Position numbers and translations under genes: made by a program | DNA from: Pseudobacteriovorax sp. | GTDB taxonomy: Bacteria; Bdellovibrionota_B; Oligoflexia; Oligoflexales; Oligoflexaceae | Length of the DNA: 29,496 bases | Assembly: GCA_050293845.1 (NCBI GenBank) | Contig: JBNKNM010000023.1 | Location: forward strand, 15,893-45,388 | Direction of reading: 5' to 3' | Part shown: piece by piece, positions 1-9,257 of the stretch | Numbering within the stretch: the first letter of the stretch is position 1 | Layout: every line of letters begins with the position of its first letter | The notes under the pieces: generated by a model | Told to the model about the DNA's origin: nothing | The model's input: the letters and a program-made list of their open reading frames with translations, nothing else | Database searches by the model: none

Positions 1-29
1 ACTTTAATTTTTATCACAGGAGTACGCCC

Positions 30-740
30 ATGCTTAAAAATCTCTATGACCTTGATGTGATCCAATCTGATAATTATCGCAAAATAGATCCGAAGATTGT
101 AGACAGTTTAGTCGTTTCCATACTTGAAATCGGTTTGCAGGAGCCGATTCGCCTCTTTCAAATTGAGGAAACCGGAGAGCTGTTTATGATTTCGGGACAT
201 CACCGCTTAGAAGCCATGAGGAAGATTAAGAGAAATCCTCTTTACCAGAAGAAGGTGTTCCAAGCATATGTAATGCGAGGAAGCCAAAAAGAGTATCTGT
301 CTCAAGAAACTGCTATTAAATCGGTGATGGCTAATTCTCTTAGGCCAGATATATCTTTGGTTGATCGCGCTGGTGCCCTACTTAAACTGGTCCAAGTGGG
401 GCTTTCCCTTGAAGATATTGCTAAAATGCTTAACGAAGAGCGGCTTCAGGTCCAGAAGCTGCTTGCTGTTGCTACCTTGCCTGAGGATGTCAGGGACTTT
501 ATCCATGAACATCCCCGACTAAAAGATAGTGTTGTGATTAAGTTTGCCCTTCGCTATGAGCAAGATCAATCCTTTCAAATCATTGAGGCTTTTCAAGAAG
601 TGTTAGGACGAAAAAGACAGGGTGCTAGTAGTAAGTTGAATAGGCGTAATTTCCGGGAGCGATTGGAGGCTACTGGAGAGTTCAATGCTCAGCAAATCTT
701 GAAAATTATGGATTGTGTTGATGAAATCGGGAAGGTGTGA
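30..740 (+). CDS. ParB/Spo0J/RepB-family DNA-binding protein (ParB N-terminal domain plus HTH)
   Basis: SILEIGLQEPI (box I-like) and MISGHHRLEA (GxxR box II-like). ANSLRPDISLVDRA...GLSLEDIAKMLNEERLQVQKLL...LPEDVRDFI parallels the Spo0J ENLQREDL/HTH segment. AGGAG RBS at 18-22. Confidence 0.8.
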   Translation: MLKNLYDLDVIQSDNYRKIDPKIVDSLVVSILEIGLQEPIRLFQIEETGELFMISGHHRLEAMRKIKRNPLYQKKVFQAYVMRGSQKEYLSQETAIKSVMANSLRPDISLVDRAGALLKLVQVGLSLEDIAKMLNEERLQVQKLLAVATLPEDVRDFIHEHPRLKDSVVIKFALRYEQDQSFQIIEAFQEVLGRKRQGASSKLNRRNFRERLEATGEFNAQQILKIMDCVDEIGKV

Positions 741-776
741 TCCAAAAATACACCGTGTCCGGTGAAATTTCGGATC
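739..776. terminator. Imperfect hairpin between the convergent parB-like and ABC solute-binding genes; possible bidirectional terminator
   Basis: GATCC-AAAAATA-CACCG-tgtc-CGGTG-AAATTTC-GGATC: inner 5-bp and outer 5-bp perfect stems. No clean U-tract. Confidence 0.4.
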
Positions 777-807
777 TTGATATTCAATCGCGGATCTGAA
801 AGGTAAC

Positions 808-2613
808 CTAGAGCTTATAGGTTTCATCAATGATAGTTGATGGCTGTAGCTTTGTATTATTCTTTATAGCTTGTTGAATCTCCTTCTTAGCCTCTTGGCT
901 CATCCACATCATACCTCCTGAGGAATCTCCAAAGAAATGAAATCCATCAGAGCGTTTCGTTGCCGGAGGCTTGGGAAACTGAAGCCAAGCCCAGTATCCC
1001 AACCTAAAGTATGGCACCTCAAACAAGGGAATTTGGATGGCATCATCATGAACCCACTGTTGAATTTTTTGCGCCAGTGCCATGCGCTCCGATGCCGAGG
1101 TGGAGGCGCGGTAGGCTTCTACCAGTTTATCAAGCTCGGGATCGGCGACGTTTGCTAGATTATTTGTTTGTTTTTTATGAGCATTTTTGGAGTGGTATTG
1201 ACTGTAGTACTGAGGTCTAAAAAATGGTGACCATGTGACCAAAGCAATTTCAGCTTTTTTATCTTGAAGATATTTCCAACCTGCTGACGCATCCATGAGC
1301 TGAAGTTTAATATCGAAACCGGCTTTCTTAGCTTCTTCCCGGAGTACCACAAATCGGTTCGTAAATGACGATTCTCGGTAAATCAGTGTAGCTTCCAGTC
1401 GGCGCCCCTCTTTGATACGAATGCCATCGGGGCCCCGTTGGTTCCAACCCGCTGCATCAAGCAGTTCTCCTGCTTTTTTCAGATCGAATGGTCTAGCCTT
1501 TATGGCCTTGTTAGTATAGCCCTCGTATCCCCGGGATATTCCTTGGAGTCGCTGGTAGTCATTGCGGAGTACCTTGGCAATGACCCTTTGCACATTCATG
1601 GAGTAATGTAAGGCCTCACGAACTCTTTTATCCTTGAAAATTTCCATATCCTTATTCAAAGTGAGCACATAGTCAGACCGGGGACGATCATTATAAAACC
1701 ATATTTTGTGAATATAACCGTTTTGAAATTCATCTGAGTTTCCCCGATCATGCCAGAGGTCTGGGAAATTCATGGCTATAAAATCGATTTTGCCCTTGAG
1801 AAAATATTCAAAGGCAGTTTTATTATCACGAATGACTTGCATCATAACTTTTTCAAAGTTAAAGCGATTTTTGTAATAATCTTTTTTCCAGCCCCACCAT
1901 TTCTCCACACGTTTGAAGGTAATGGATTTTCCTTTTTTAATCTCTGAAATGAAGTAGGGACCAGTTGTGGGCTTAGGTTTCCAATTGTATTTTTTAATAA
2001 AATCTTTACCTAATGTGTAAAAATGTCGTGGTATAGGGCTTAAGTTGGTATAATAGAGTAAGTCTGGCTTGGGCTTAGGCAATGTAACGGCGACTATTTC
2101 CGCACCTTTGTCATCGATAAACTTTTGCACAGCTTCCATTTCGTTTGAAAAGTACTGATTGTACCAAGGGGCCACGATATGGGGGGAACGGTAGAATTCT
2201 AGGGTGAATGTAAAGTCTTCGGCAGAAAGCTTTTTACCGTCGGACCATGTCACATCAGGGTCTAGCTTATAATAAACTGTACGCCCGTTTTTATCGAAGG
2301 CCCAATGGCTAGCCACAGAGGGTAACCACTTGTGGGTATTAGGATGTAAAGTAATAAACCCAAAATCGTTATCGTCCAAGTATCCCCGAAAAAAGCCATT
2401 GGAATCTGGACCAACCTGCCTGAGAGTCAGGGGAAAAGCAGGGAAAAAAGTATGGAGTGTACCTTCAACGCGTGCTTGAGGGCTGGCGATTAACCCCTCC
2501 TTTTTGGGATCGTTGGTTTGCCAATCAAGGTCTTTGGGTAATTCCTTGATTCCTGTCGCCATAGCAATTGGTGTACCGAGTATAAAAATGAAAAAAAAGT
2601 AGCCGAGCATCAA
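808..2613 (-). CDS. yejA: Peptide/oligopeptide ABC transporter substrate-binding protein (family 5, YejA/OppA-like)
   Basis: Signal peptide ending in AMA. Family-5 SBP motifs include WSDGKKLSAEDFTFT, TTGPYFISEIKKGKSITFKR, FKDKRVREAL, FDLKKAGELLDAAGW and DPELDKLVE. Follows two YejB/YejE-like permeases. Confidence 0.85.
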   Translation of the reverse strand: MMLGYFFFIFILGTPIAMATGIKELPKDLDWQTNDPKKEGLIASPQARVEGTLHTFFPAFPLTLRQVGPDSNGFFRGYLDDNDFGFITLHPNTHKWLPSVASHWAFDKNGRTVYYKLDPDVTWSDGKKLSAEDFTFTLEFYRSPHIVAPWYNQYFSNEMEAVQKFIDDKGAEIVAVTLPKPKPDLLYYTNLSPIPRHFYTLGKDFIKKYNWKPKPTTGPYFISEIKKGKSITFKRVEKWWGWKKDYYKNRFNFEKVMMQVIRDNKTAFEYFLKGKIDFIAMNFPDLWHDRGNSDEFQNGYIHKIWFYNDRPRSDYVLTLNKDMEIFKDKRVREALHYSMNVQRVIAKVLRNDYQRLQGISRGYEGYTNKAIKARPFDLKKAGELLDAAGWNQRGPDGIRIKEGRRLEATLIYRESSFTNRFVVLREEAKKAGFDIKLQLMDASAGWKYLQDKKAEIALVTWSPFFRPQYYSQYHSKNAHKKQTNNLANVADPELDKLVEAYRASTSASERMALAQKIQQWVHDDAIQIPLFEVPYFRLGYWAWLQFPKPPATKRSDGFHFFGDSSGGMMWMSQEAKKEIQQAIKNNTKLQPSTIIDETYKL

Positions 2614-2624
2614 GCTTACTCTCC

Positions 2625-3668
2625 TTATTGGTAGGTCGTATACACTTTGGGATCGAAGGCCTCCCTAACGGCCTCTCCTATAAAGGTTACCATAATAAGA
2701 ATGGCTACCATGAATGATATCACAGAACCAACAATCCAAGGGGAAGATAGATTTTCTGTACCCTGCTGCAGCAGTTCCCCCCAACTGGGTGTGGGGGGAG
2801 GGAGTCCGAAACCTAGATAATCTAAGGCTGTGAGGCTAGTGATGCCCATAGCTACTTGGAAGGGGACAAATGTAATGATGGTAGAGATGGTGTTGGGGAT
2901 AATATGAATAAAAATGATGCGCGGAGTAGAAGCACCCACAGACTTTGCCGCTTGAACATATTCCCGTGCCTTCTCCTTGTAGGTCGCTGTGCGCATATAC
3001 CAAGTCATTGACGGCCAGTTAAAGAGAACCATAATAAAAATAAGAGTGAAGAAGTTGGGGGCCACTAGGGAGGAAACAATAATAACCACGTAGAAAAAAG
3101 GTATATTCGACCAAACTTCAATAAGCCTTTGTAGAATGAGATCAAACTTTCCACCGACATAGCCCATCAGACAACCAACTGAGATACCAATAGTATAAGT
3201 CATCAGGATAAGGCCGAGGGCAAAAAAAATGGCAATGCGAAAACCGTAAAAAAGCCTGGCAGCAATATCTCTGCCCGTATTATCTGTACCCAAGTAATGC
3301 TGTCTGTTCCAGTTAGGTGGGAAGGGAGGGAATGAACCATCTCTTAAATCGTTTTCAAAAGGGTTATAAGGAATGGGGGGGAGAATGACAAAGTTACCTT
3401 GCTCTTTGGTAAAGCGCTTTTTTAGCATCCTGTAGTTGGTTTCAAACTCATAGGTTTCATCGAATTCTGTACCAGGGATAAAGGCTCCATAAGTAGGAAA
3501 ATAGAAGCTGTTATTGTAGCGAACTACTATGGCGCGATTATTGATCAGTAATTCGGCAAATAGTGAAAGTATAATGAGGCCGATAAGAGCAATAAAAGAG
3601 TAGTAACCTCGCTTGATGGATCTGAATTGTGCAAAGCGCTTTTTTGTAATGGGATTCACTTTTATCAT
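2625..3668 (-). CDS. yejE: Peptide ABC transporter permease (YejE/OppC-like)
   Basis: LSLFAELLINNRAIVVRYNNSFYFP (YejE-type N-terminus), HYLGTDNTGRDIAARLFYGFR, EAA-loop REYVQAAKSVGAS, LDYLGFGLPPPTPSWGELL and GEAVREAFDP. Confidence 0.9.
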   Translation of the reverse strand: MIKVNPITKKRFAQFRSIKRGYYSFIALIGLIILSLFAELLINNRAIVVRYNNSFYFPTYGAFIPGTEFDETYEFETNYRMLKKRFTKEQGNFVILPPIPYNPFENDLRDGSFPPFPPNWNRQHYLGTDNTGRDIAARLFYGFRIAIFFALGLILMTYTIGISVGCLMGYVGGKFDLILQRLIEVWSNIPFFYVVIIVSSLVAPNFFTLIFIMVLFNWPSMTWYMRTATYKEKAREYVQAAKSVGASTPRIIFIHIIPNTISTIITFVPFQVAMGITSLTALDYLGFGLPPPTPSWGELLQQGTENLSSPWIVGSVISFMVAILIMVTFIGEAVREAFDPKVYTTYQ

Positions 3669-3677
3669 AGGATTCCC

Positions 3678-4676
3678 CTAGAATTGAACGCGAGGATCAA
3701 CTAAAGCGACACAGATATCAGAAAGAATATTCCCTACCAATTGTAGAATTGACGAAATCACTAGAATACCCATGACAACGGGATAGTCTCTTTCTATGAT
3801 GGATTCAAACCCGAGCAAGCCAAAACCATCGATGTTAAAGATTTTTTCAATAAGAAAGGAACCTGCAATGATAACAGAAATGTTATTCCCAAAATGGGTG
3901 GCCAGGGGGATCAGACTGTTTTGAAATGCATGTTTTAAAATGGCCATTCTGAAACTCATGCCCTTGGCCATAGCCGTACGTACGAAATCAGCTGCTAAAT
4001 TATCCATGAGGGCGTTCTTCATCATAAAGGTTGTGACAGCGAAGCTGCCTATGACATAGGCCGTTAGGGGAAGAATAGAGTGGTGGACTATATTTACAGT
4101 TTTACCTATAAAATCAAGATCCTCAAATCCTTCACCATAGAACCCCCCCATGGGAAACCATTCCAAATGGGAAGCAAAAATTACCAACAAAATGATACCA
4201 ACAACATAGGAAGGTAGAGCATAACCTATAAATACGAGGATGCTACTGACATGATCAATAACGCTTTTATGTTTTATGGCTTTAATGATCCCTAAAGGGA
4301 TGCAAATCATGTAGGTCACCAGCATGGAGCTAACGCCATAAAAAATAGAGATTGGCAGCCGATCAGAAATGATATCGATAACAGGGTCGCCATAGCGTGA
4401 AGACTCGCCTAAATTACCTTGCAGTAGTTTGAACAGCCATTCGAAATAACTCATAAAAATAGGTTTATCGAAACCATAATAGGCATTTAGCTGAGCGATC
4501 TGCGTTTCATCAAGCTGTGTGAATGCAGGTGTGTTAGAAGCGGAAGATTGGATTTCAGAGAGAATGCGCTCAACGGGCCCACCAGGCACCAAACGGGTGA
4601 TAATAAACACTAAAAGGGTCACTCCGATGAAAGTGGGAAAAATGAGAAGGGCACGGCGTAGAAGATACTGCGTCAT
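3678..4676 (-). CDS. yejB: Peptide ABC transporter permease (YejB/OppB-like)
   Basis: YLLRRALLIFPTFIG...VPGGPVE, YYGFDKP, GNLGES, EAA-loop DFVRTAMAKGM, IEKIFNIDGFG, RDYPVVMG and VDPRVQF. Confidence 0.9.
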   Translation of the reverse strand: MTQYLLRRALLIFPTFIGVTLLVFIITRLVPGGPVERILSEIQSSASNTPAFTQLDETQIAQLNAYYGFDKPIFMSYFEWLFKLLQGNLGESSRYGDPVIDIISDRLPISIFYGVSSMLVTYMICIPLGIIKAIKHKSVIDHVSSILVFIGYALPSYVVGIILLVIFASHLEWFPMGGFYGEGFEDLDFIGKTVNIVHHSILPLTAYVIGSFAVTTFMMKNALMDNLAADFVRTAMAKGMSFRMAILKHAFQNSLIPLATHFGNNISVIIAGSFLIEKIFNIDGFGLLGFESIIERDYPVVMGILVISSILQLVGNILSDICVALVDPRVQF

Positions 4677-4809
4677 TGCTTTATTGCTTATGGTTGTGAC
4701 TTGGGGTAACGACTAATTATGCATTGATATAATCGAAATTAAAAGTAAAATTGTCGTTTGCAATAACTGAAAAAATGACGTATTAATAAGGGTTCTTCCG
4801 TAGGGTGCT

Positions 4810-4838
4810 CTGACAACATGTCTGTAAGCTCCTATAAT
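4810..4838 (+). promoter_or_regulatory. Sigma-70-type promoter for the era-murA unit
   Basis: CTGACA (4810-4815), a 17-bp spacer, then TATAAT (4833-4838), about 20 nt upstream of the era start. Confidence 0.65.
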
Positions 4839-4858
4839 CACAAATTTTCCGGGAATAA

Positions 4859-5806
4859 TTGATGACAAGTCAAAAAGTAGGACACATTTCACTGGTCGGA
4901 AGGCCCAATGCAGGTAAGAGCACCCTCCTTAATGCCTTGGTTGGGCAAAAAATTGCGGGGGTTAGTGCTAAACCTCAAACGACACGCAATAAAATTTTAG
5001 GAATCTGTAATTACAATCATACGCAAATGCTTTTTTTCGATACCCCAGGTATGCACCGTTTGCAGAATGCTGCCACAATGAATTCATTGATGAATAAGGA
5101 AGCTTTTTCCGTAGTTAACGATTCTGATATTATCATTTACCTCATCGATATTAAAAGAGGTATGCAAACACTAGATGAGGATTTTATTCAGTCCATCCTA
5201 TTAAAGTCCCAGTGCCCTGTACTCTTTTGCTTATCTAAAGCCGACCGTGTTAAAAAACATGAGCTTGCGGTTCACAAAAAGCAAGTGCAAGAGAGCCTTG
5301 CAGATCTGGTTGGTGAAGTAAATTCTGACAGTCAGCGCGCGCTCGATACTGAAGTACTATGTATTAGTGCTAAAGATCGTAAAATGTTGGTCCCCTTATT
5401 GGATAAGGTAGAAGACATGCTTCCCGATGGTGCCTGGATATATCCCGATGATGATCTCACGGATCGCCCTCAAAGGTTTATCGCTGGCGAACTCATCCGA
5501 GAAAAAGTATTCCGGCTATTGGGTGAAGAAATTCCTTACCAGACTGCCGTACGGATCGATAATATGAGTTTTGAACCAAAGCAAGTAGCTATCATGGCAT
5601 CAATAATCGTGGCAAGAAACTCCCATAAGGGAATGGTTATTGGTAAGCGAGGGGCTAAAATTAAGGAAATTGGCATTCAATCGCGCCAGGAGCTGGAAAA
5701 TCTTCTAGCTCAAAAAGTATTCCTGGATTTGCAAGTTAAAGTGGATACGGGCTGGATAAACGATAGACAATTAATTGCTGAATATTCCAGCTTGGAGTAC
5801 TCTTAA
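4859..5806 (+). CDS. era: GTPase Era (30S ribosome biogenesis); true start probably ATG at 4862
   Basis: G1 GRPNAGKST, G2 QTTR, G3 DTPG, G4 variant SKAD, G5 ISA, ELIREK...EEIPY, and KH-domain GMVIGKRGAKIKEIG. Confidence 0.97.
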   Translation: MMTSQKVGHISLVGRPNAGKSTLLNALVGQKIAGVSAKPQTTRNKILGICNYNHTQMLFFDTPGMHRLQNAATMNSLMNKEAFSVVNDSDIIIYLIDIKRGMQTLDEDFIQSILLKSQCPVLFCLSKADRVKKHELAVHKKQVQESLADLVGEVNSDSQRALDTEVLCISAKDRKMLVPLLDKVEDMLPDGAWIYPDDDLTDRPQRFIAGELIREKVFRLLGEEIPYQTAVRIDNMSFEPKQVAIMASIIVARNSHKGMVIGKRGAKIKEIGIQSRQELENLLAQKVFLDLQVKVDTGWINDRQLIAEYSSLEYS

Positions 5807-5838
5807 ATTTCAGTGAATTTCAGGGATGAGGACATGCT

Positions 5839-7173
5839 GTGGATAACAGACAGCTGAAAATTATAGGCGGAAGGAAACTATCGGGCGGTGCAATTTCTAT
5901 AGCAGGCAGTTCGAACCAAGTTACCAAATGTATTATGGCAGCCTTGCTCACCGATGGTGAGGTGACCATCAAAGGAGCCCCCGATGTGGATGAACGAAAA
6001 GTTGTAGCTAATTTGTTTCAGTACCTGGGGGGAGAAATCAATTACCATAGCGAGGAAGAGTTCACTCTCAGTGCATGTAATGTTGGGGTTCATGAAATAA
6101 CAGAGGAGTTGTGTGCCAAGAATCGTATTTCTGTGTTAGCTGCGGGTCCTTTGCTGCATCGCTTCGGTAAAGTCAGTTTTTATGGAGTCTTAGGCGGGGA
6201 TAAGATTGGTAAACGACCGGTCAACTTTCATATTGAGGCTCTGCGACAAATGGGAGCCCAAGTGGAGATGGAGGGCAACCAGTACCATATATCAGTAGGT
6301 CCTAGTGGTCTTCAAGGCGCAAAAGTTGTGCTGCCTTTTCCTTCGGTCATGACAACTGAAAACCTCCTGATAACAGCTTGCTTAGCCAGAGGGCAGACGA
6401 TCATTGAAAATGCTGCCATCGAACCCGAGATCATCGAATTATGTAAAATGCTGCAAAAAATGGGCGCTGATATTCGCCAGCGTCCCAATCGTACCTTTGT
6501 TGTGGAAGGGGTAAAAAAACTCCATGGTTGCGAACTGCGATGTATGTTTGATCGCAATCAGGCCGTTTCCTTTGCCATTGCAGCTTTGGCTACGGGGGGG
6601 GATGTTCTTCTCAAAAACGTAACCCATGATCCCGTTTATAGCTTCCTCAACTTCATTCAAAGGATGGGAGCCGAGTTTAAAATTAGTTCCAAAGGTCTTT
6701 TTGTAAAAGCTCCCGCTTCAAAACTATCAGGTACCCATATTGAGGTTGAGGTTCATCCCGGGTTTATGACTGATTGGCAACAGCCCTTTATGGTATTGTT
6801 TACGCAAGCCAGTGGTATAAGCATCCTTCACGAGACGGTATTTGAGGAACGTTTGGGATACACTCGTTTTCTCAACGAGATGGGAGCCAAGATTACTCTT
6901 TCTACAAAATGTTTAGGGGAATCGCCTTGTCGGTTTCGTCATCAGAACTATATCCATTCGGCGATTATTCAGGGAGAGACACCTTTAATAGGTAAATCAT
7001 TTAGGTTGCCCACTGACATCCGAGCGGGTAAATGTCTTGTTGTGGCTGGTTTGACAGCTACCGGGGAGACTTATCTGAGTAATATACGCGAGCTGGAGAG
7101 AAAATATGACAATATTGTTCCAAAGTTACAGGAGATGGGGGGAGCGATTGAAATTGTCAACACGGAGCCTTAA
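5839..7173 (+). CDS. murA: UDP-N-acetylglucosamine 1-carboxyvinyltransferase (enolpyruvyl transferase), Asp115 variant
   Basis: GGDKIGKRPVNFH (active-site loop), PSVMTTEN, NAAIEPEI, HPGFMTDWQQP, ETVFEER, DIRAG and ERKY. GTG start with a GAGGA RBS. Confidence 0.88.
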   Translation: MDNRQLKIIGGRKLSGGAISIAGSSNQVTKCIMAALLTDGEVTIKGAPDVDERKVVANLFQYLGGEINYHSEEEFTLSACNVGVHEITEELCAKNRISVLAAGPLLHRFGKVSFYGVLGGDKIGKRPVNFHIEALRQMGAQVEMEGNQYHISVGPSGLQGAKVVLPFPSVMTTENLLITACLARGQTIIENAAIEPEIIELCKMLQKMGADIRQRPNRTFVVEGVKKLHGCELRCMFDRNQAVSFAIAALATGGDVLLKNVTHDPVYSFLNFIQRMGAEFKISSKGLFVKAPASKLSGTHIEVEVHPGFMTDWQQPFMVLFTQASGISILHETVFEERLGYTRFLNEMGAKITLSTKCLGESPCRFRHQNYIHSAIIQGETPLIGKSFRLPTDIRAGKCLVVAGLTATGETYLSNIRELERKYDNIVPKLQEMGGAIEIVNTEP

Positions 7174-7186
7174 TCTATAGGGACTC

Positions 7187-7855
7187 ATGGGGTATTCTAA
7201 TAAAGGGGTTCTTATCGAAACTGGGGAACGCCATCACTGTGGGAAGGGTCTCGATAGTACATTTATGACAGGAGGCTTATTGCGCTTACTCCTTTTGCTA
7301 AGTCTGTTGACAACAGCCTGTGGAGGGCATTTGGCTACCTCCGATAGTACTCAAAGTATCATTGATGGGAGTTGGGTGTCCGCATGTTGGCCAAATGCGA
7401 GTGGCCAATCCTACAGAATGGAGCTGGCTTTTTCCTTTGGAGCGAGGTTTTTATGGCAGGAAAACCATTTTGAAGACCCCAATTGCTCCTTAGAAGCATT
7501 TGCATTAATGTACGAAGGAAGTTATGAGTTAGAGGTTACGTGGCAGGATTTTCTACACAAGTTAGATCTAAGGGTTCGCTTCGGAGAGATTAATCCCGTC
7601 AGCAAAAATTGGGTGGAGCATGCTCGGGAACAGAAGTTTTGTGGCTACCCAAACTGGCAATTAAACATTGCTACCCCTCTTCATGAGGATCTATTTCAGA
7701 TATCATGCCCTGGGGTCGTGGGGGAGAATTTTATCCACCGCAATTTAGTCAAGATTAAAGATGGATTTATATGGCTGGCGATTCGAATGCAAAGGGATAA
7801 TGGCAGACCCGAGGAACTTCCAGGATCAGCCGTAGTATTGAGCAAAATAAAATAG
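7187..7855 (+). CDS. Hypothetical lipoprotein; real start probably ATG 7265 or TTG 7280
   Basis: Hydrophobic stretch RLLLLLSLLTTA followed by Cys (lipobox-like TTAC/GG). AGGAGG at 7270-7275. GSWVSAC motif and further Cys residues in the mature part. Confidence 0.65.
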   Translation: MGYSNKGVLIETGERHHCGKGLDSTFMTGGLLRLLLLLSLLTTACGGHLATSDSTQSIIDGSWVSACWPNASGQSYRMELAFSFGARFLWQENHFEDPNCSLEAFALMYEGSYELEVTWQDFLHKLDLRVRFGEINPVSKNWVEHAREQKFCGYPNWQLNIATPLHEDLFQISCPGVVGENFIHRNLVKIKDGFIWLAIRMQRDNGRPEELPGSAVVLSKIK

Positions 7856-7859
7856 GAAG

Positions 7860-8264
7860 TTGAGAATGGCGTTTTTAAATACGACACAGTCAAACACTGG
7901 TTTACTGCTATTAAGGTTGACGTTTGGTGGAATTATGTTTTTTGCTCACGGTATGCCAAAAATTGGTCATTTTCCTAGCGCTTCATTTCCAGATCCTTTT
8001 GGGCTAGGACCTGGTGTTAGTATGTCCTTAGCTATTTTTGCGGAATGCCTATGTGCTGCATTGGTTTGTTTAGGGCTGTGGACGCGACTGGCAACCATCC
8101 CTTTAATCATCACCATGTTGACAGCTGTATTTTTAGTCCACGGATCTGACCCGTTTGCTAAGAAAGAACTAGCGCTTCTTTATTTGATGGCCTATGGAAC
8201 CTTATTTTTCACGGGTGCTGGAGATTTCTCCATCGATAAAAAGATAACCCGACACAGAAGATAA
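7860..8264 (+). CDS. DoxX-family membrane protein
   Basis: GLLLLRLTFGGIMFFAHGMPK, AE...LGLWTRLA, ELALLYL and GAGDFSID are typical DoxX motifs, with about 4 TM segments. Confidence 0.9.
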   Translation: MRMAFLNTTQSNTGLLLLRLTFGGIMFFAHGMPKIGHFPSASFPDPFGLGPGVSMSLAIFAECLCAALVCLGLWTRLATIPLIITMLTAVFLVHGSDPFAKKELALLYLMAYGTLFFTGAGDFSIDKKITRHRR

Positions 8265-8280
8265 TTTTTGAGGTGTTTCC

Positions 8281-9186
8281 GTGCAGCGATACTTGTTAGC
8301 ACCAACTTTGGGAATTCTGCTTTTAGGCGGTAGCTATATCATCACCGGGCAGGAAAAAATTAAAACAGTTTTTGTGAAAAGTCACATTGATAAATCGAGT
8401 CGACGGGCTGCTACGAGGCAGATTGTGGCTACCGAGAATAAATCCTCATCAGAAGCGGTTCTGCTCGAACGTGCCATCGAGTTGGTAGATAATGATCAAG
8501 TTGATGAAGCGCAAGATCTGTTTGAGTATATTCTCAATCGCAATCCAGAAAATATCCGTGCTTTGCTTGAGCTAAGCTTGATTCAATTGATCGATCAAGG
8601 GCGTCCTGAGTCAGCTTTACCCTATCTCGTTCAAGCTTTACGTTTGGAGCCGGAGAATGATGCTCTTTTAGGTGAAGTTGCTGATATCTATGTGGAAACG
8701 GGGCAATTTACTAATGGTATCTCTTTTTTTAATAAAATGCGTCAAAAACTTCCTGAGGAGTCTGCCGTCGAGCTAAGGATGGGACAGTTGTATTATTATA
8801 TGGGAGATCATAAACTCGCTTTGAACACCCTGATTCCCCTTGTGGACTCCCCTCTTCATCACGGCCAAGTCAAAAGCCTATTAGCTCGCATCTACTTGCA
8901 GCTAGGACAGGTGAAAAAGGCTATAACTTTTTACTGGGAGGCTGAGCAAGAGTTAGAGTCTGGTGTTAAAAATCATTTAGTAGCTGGAGAGCCTGGTGAT
9001 GGACTGCTAAAGTGGTTAGAAGATACCCAATTTGAAATGGCTGAAGGTCTCATTAGCAATAATGCGTTTCAACATGCGGAAGATATTCTTTATAAACTTT
9101 CTGCACGATCTCCCTCTGATCCCGAAGTGATAAAATTAATGGATCTCGCTAAAGTTGGGCGACGTAACAGTAAAAATGCGGGCTAG
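8281..9186 (+). CDS. Tetratricopeptide-repeat protein with N-terminal membrane anchor/signal
   Basis: N-terminal hydrophobic segment. TPR-like helices include AQDLFEYILNRNPENIRAL, ALPYLVQALRLEPEN, MGQLYYYMGD and LARIYLQLGQVKKAI. Confidence 0.8.
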   Translation: MQRYLLAPTLGILLLGGSYIITGQEKIKTVFVKSHIDKSSRRAATRQIVATENKSSSEAVLLERAIELVDNDQVDEAQDLFEYILNRNPENIRALLELSLIQLIDQGRPESALPYLVQALRLEPENDALLGEVADIYVETGQFTNGISFFNKMRQKLPEESAVELRMGQLYYYMGDHKLALNTLIPLVDSPLHHGQVKSLLARIYLQLGQVKKAITFYWEAEQELESGVKNHLVAGEPGDGLLKWLEDTQFEMAEGLISNNAFQHAEDILYKLSARSPSDPEVIKLMDLAKVGRRNSKNAG

Positions 9187-9257
9187 CAAAAACCTTACCT
9201 ATTTGCGCGTTTTTTTCTGAAGTAACTGAGTCAGGTGAAAATTAAGAATCTGGATAT

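Noticed and set aside
603..1947. Short alternative-frame or antisense ORFs over the parB-like end and the ABC binding-protein gene (603-830, 937-1158, 1011-1220, 1155-1352, 1750-1947)
   Set aside because: They overlap well-supported genes and show no recognisable motifs or RBS; treated as shadow ORFs.
2591..2598. A8 homopolymer in the signal-peptide codons of the binding protein (phase variation?)
   Set aside because: Short run explained by consecutive Phe codons; the frame is intact.
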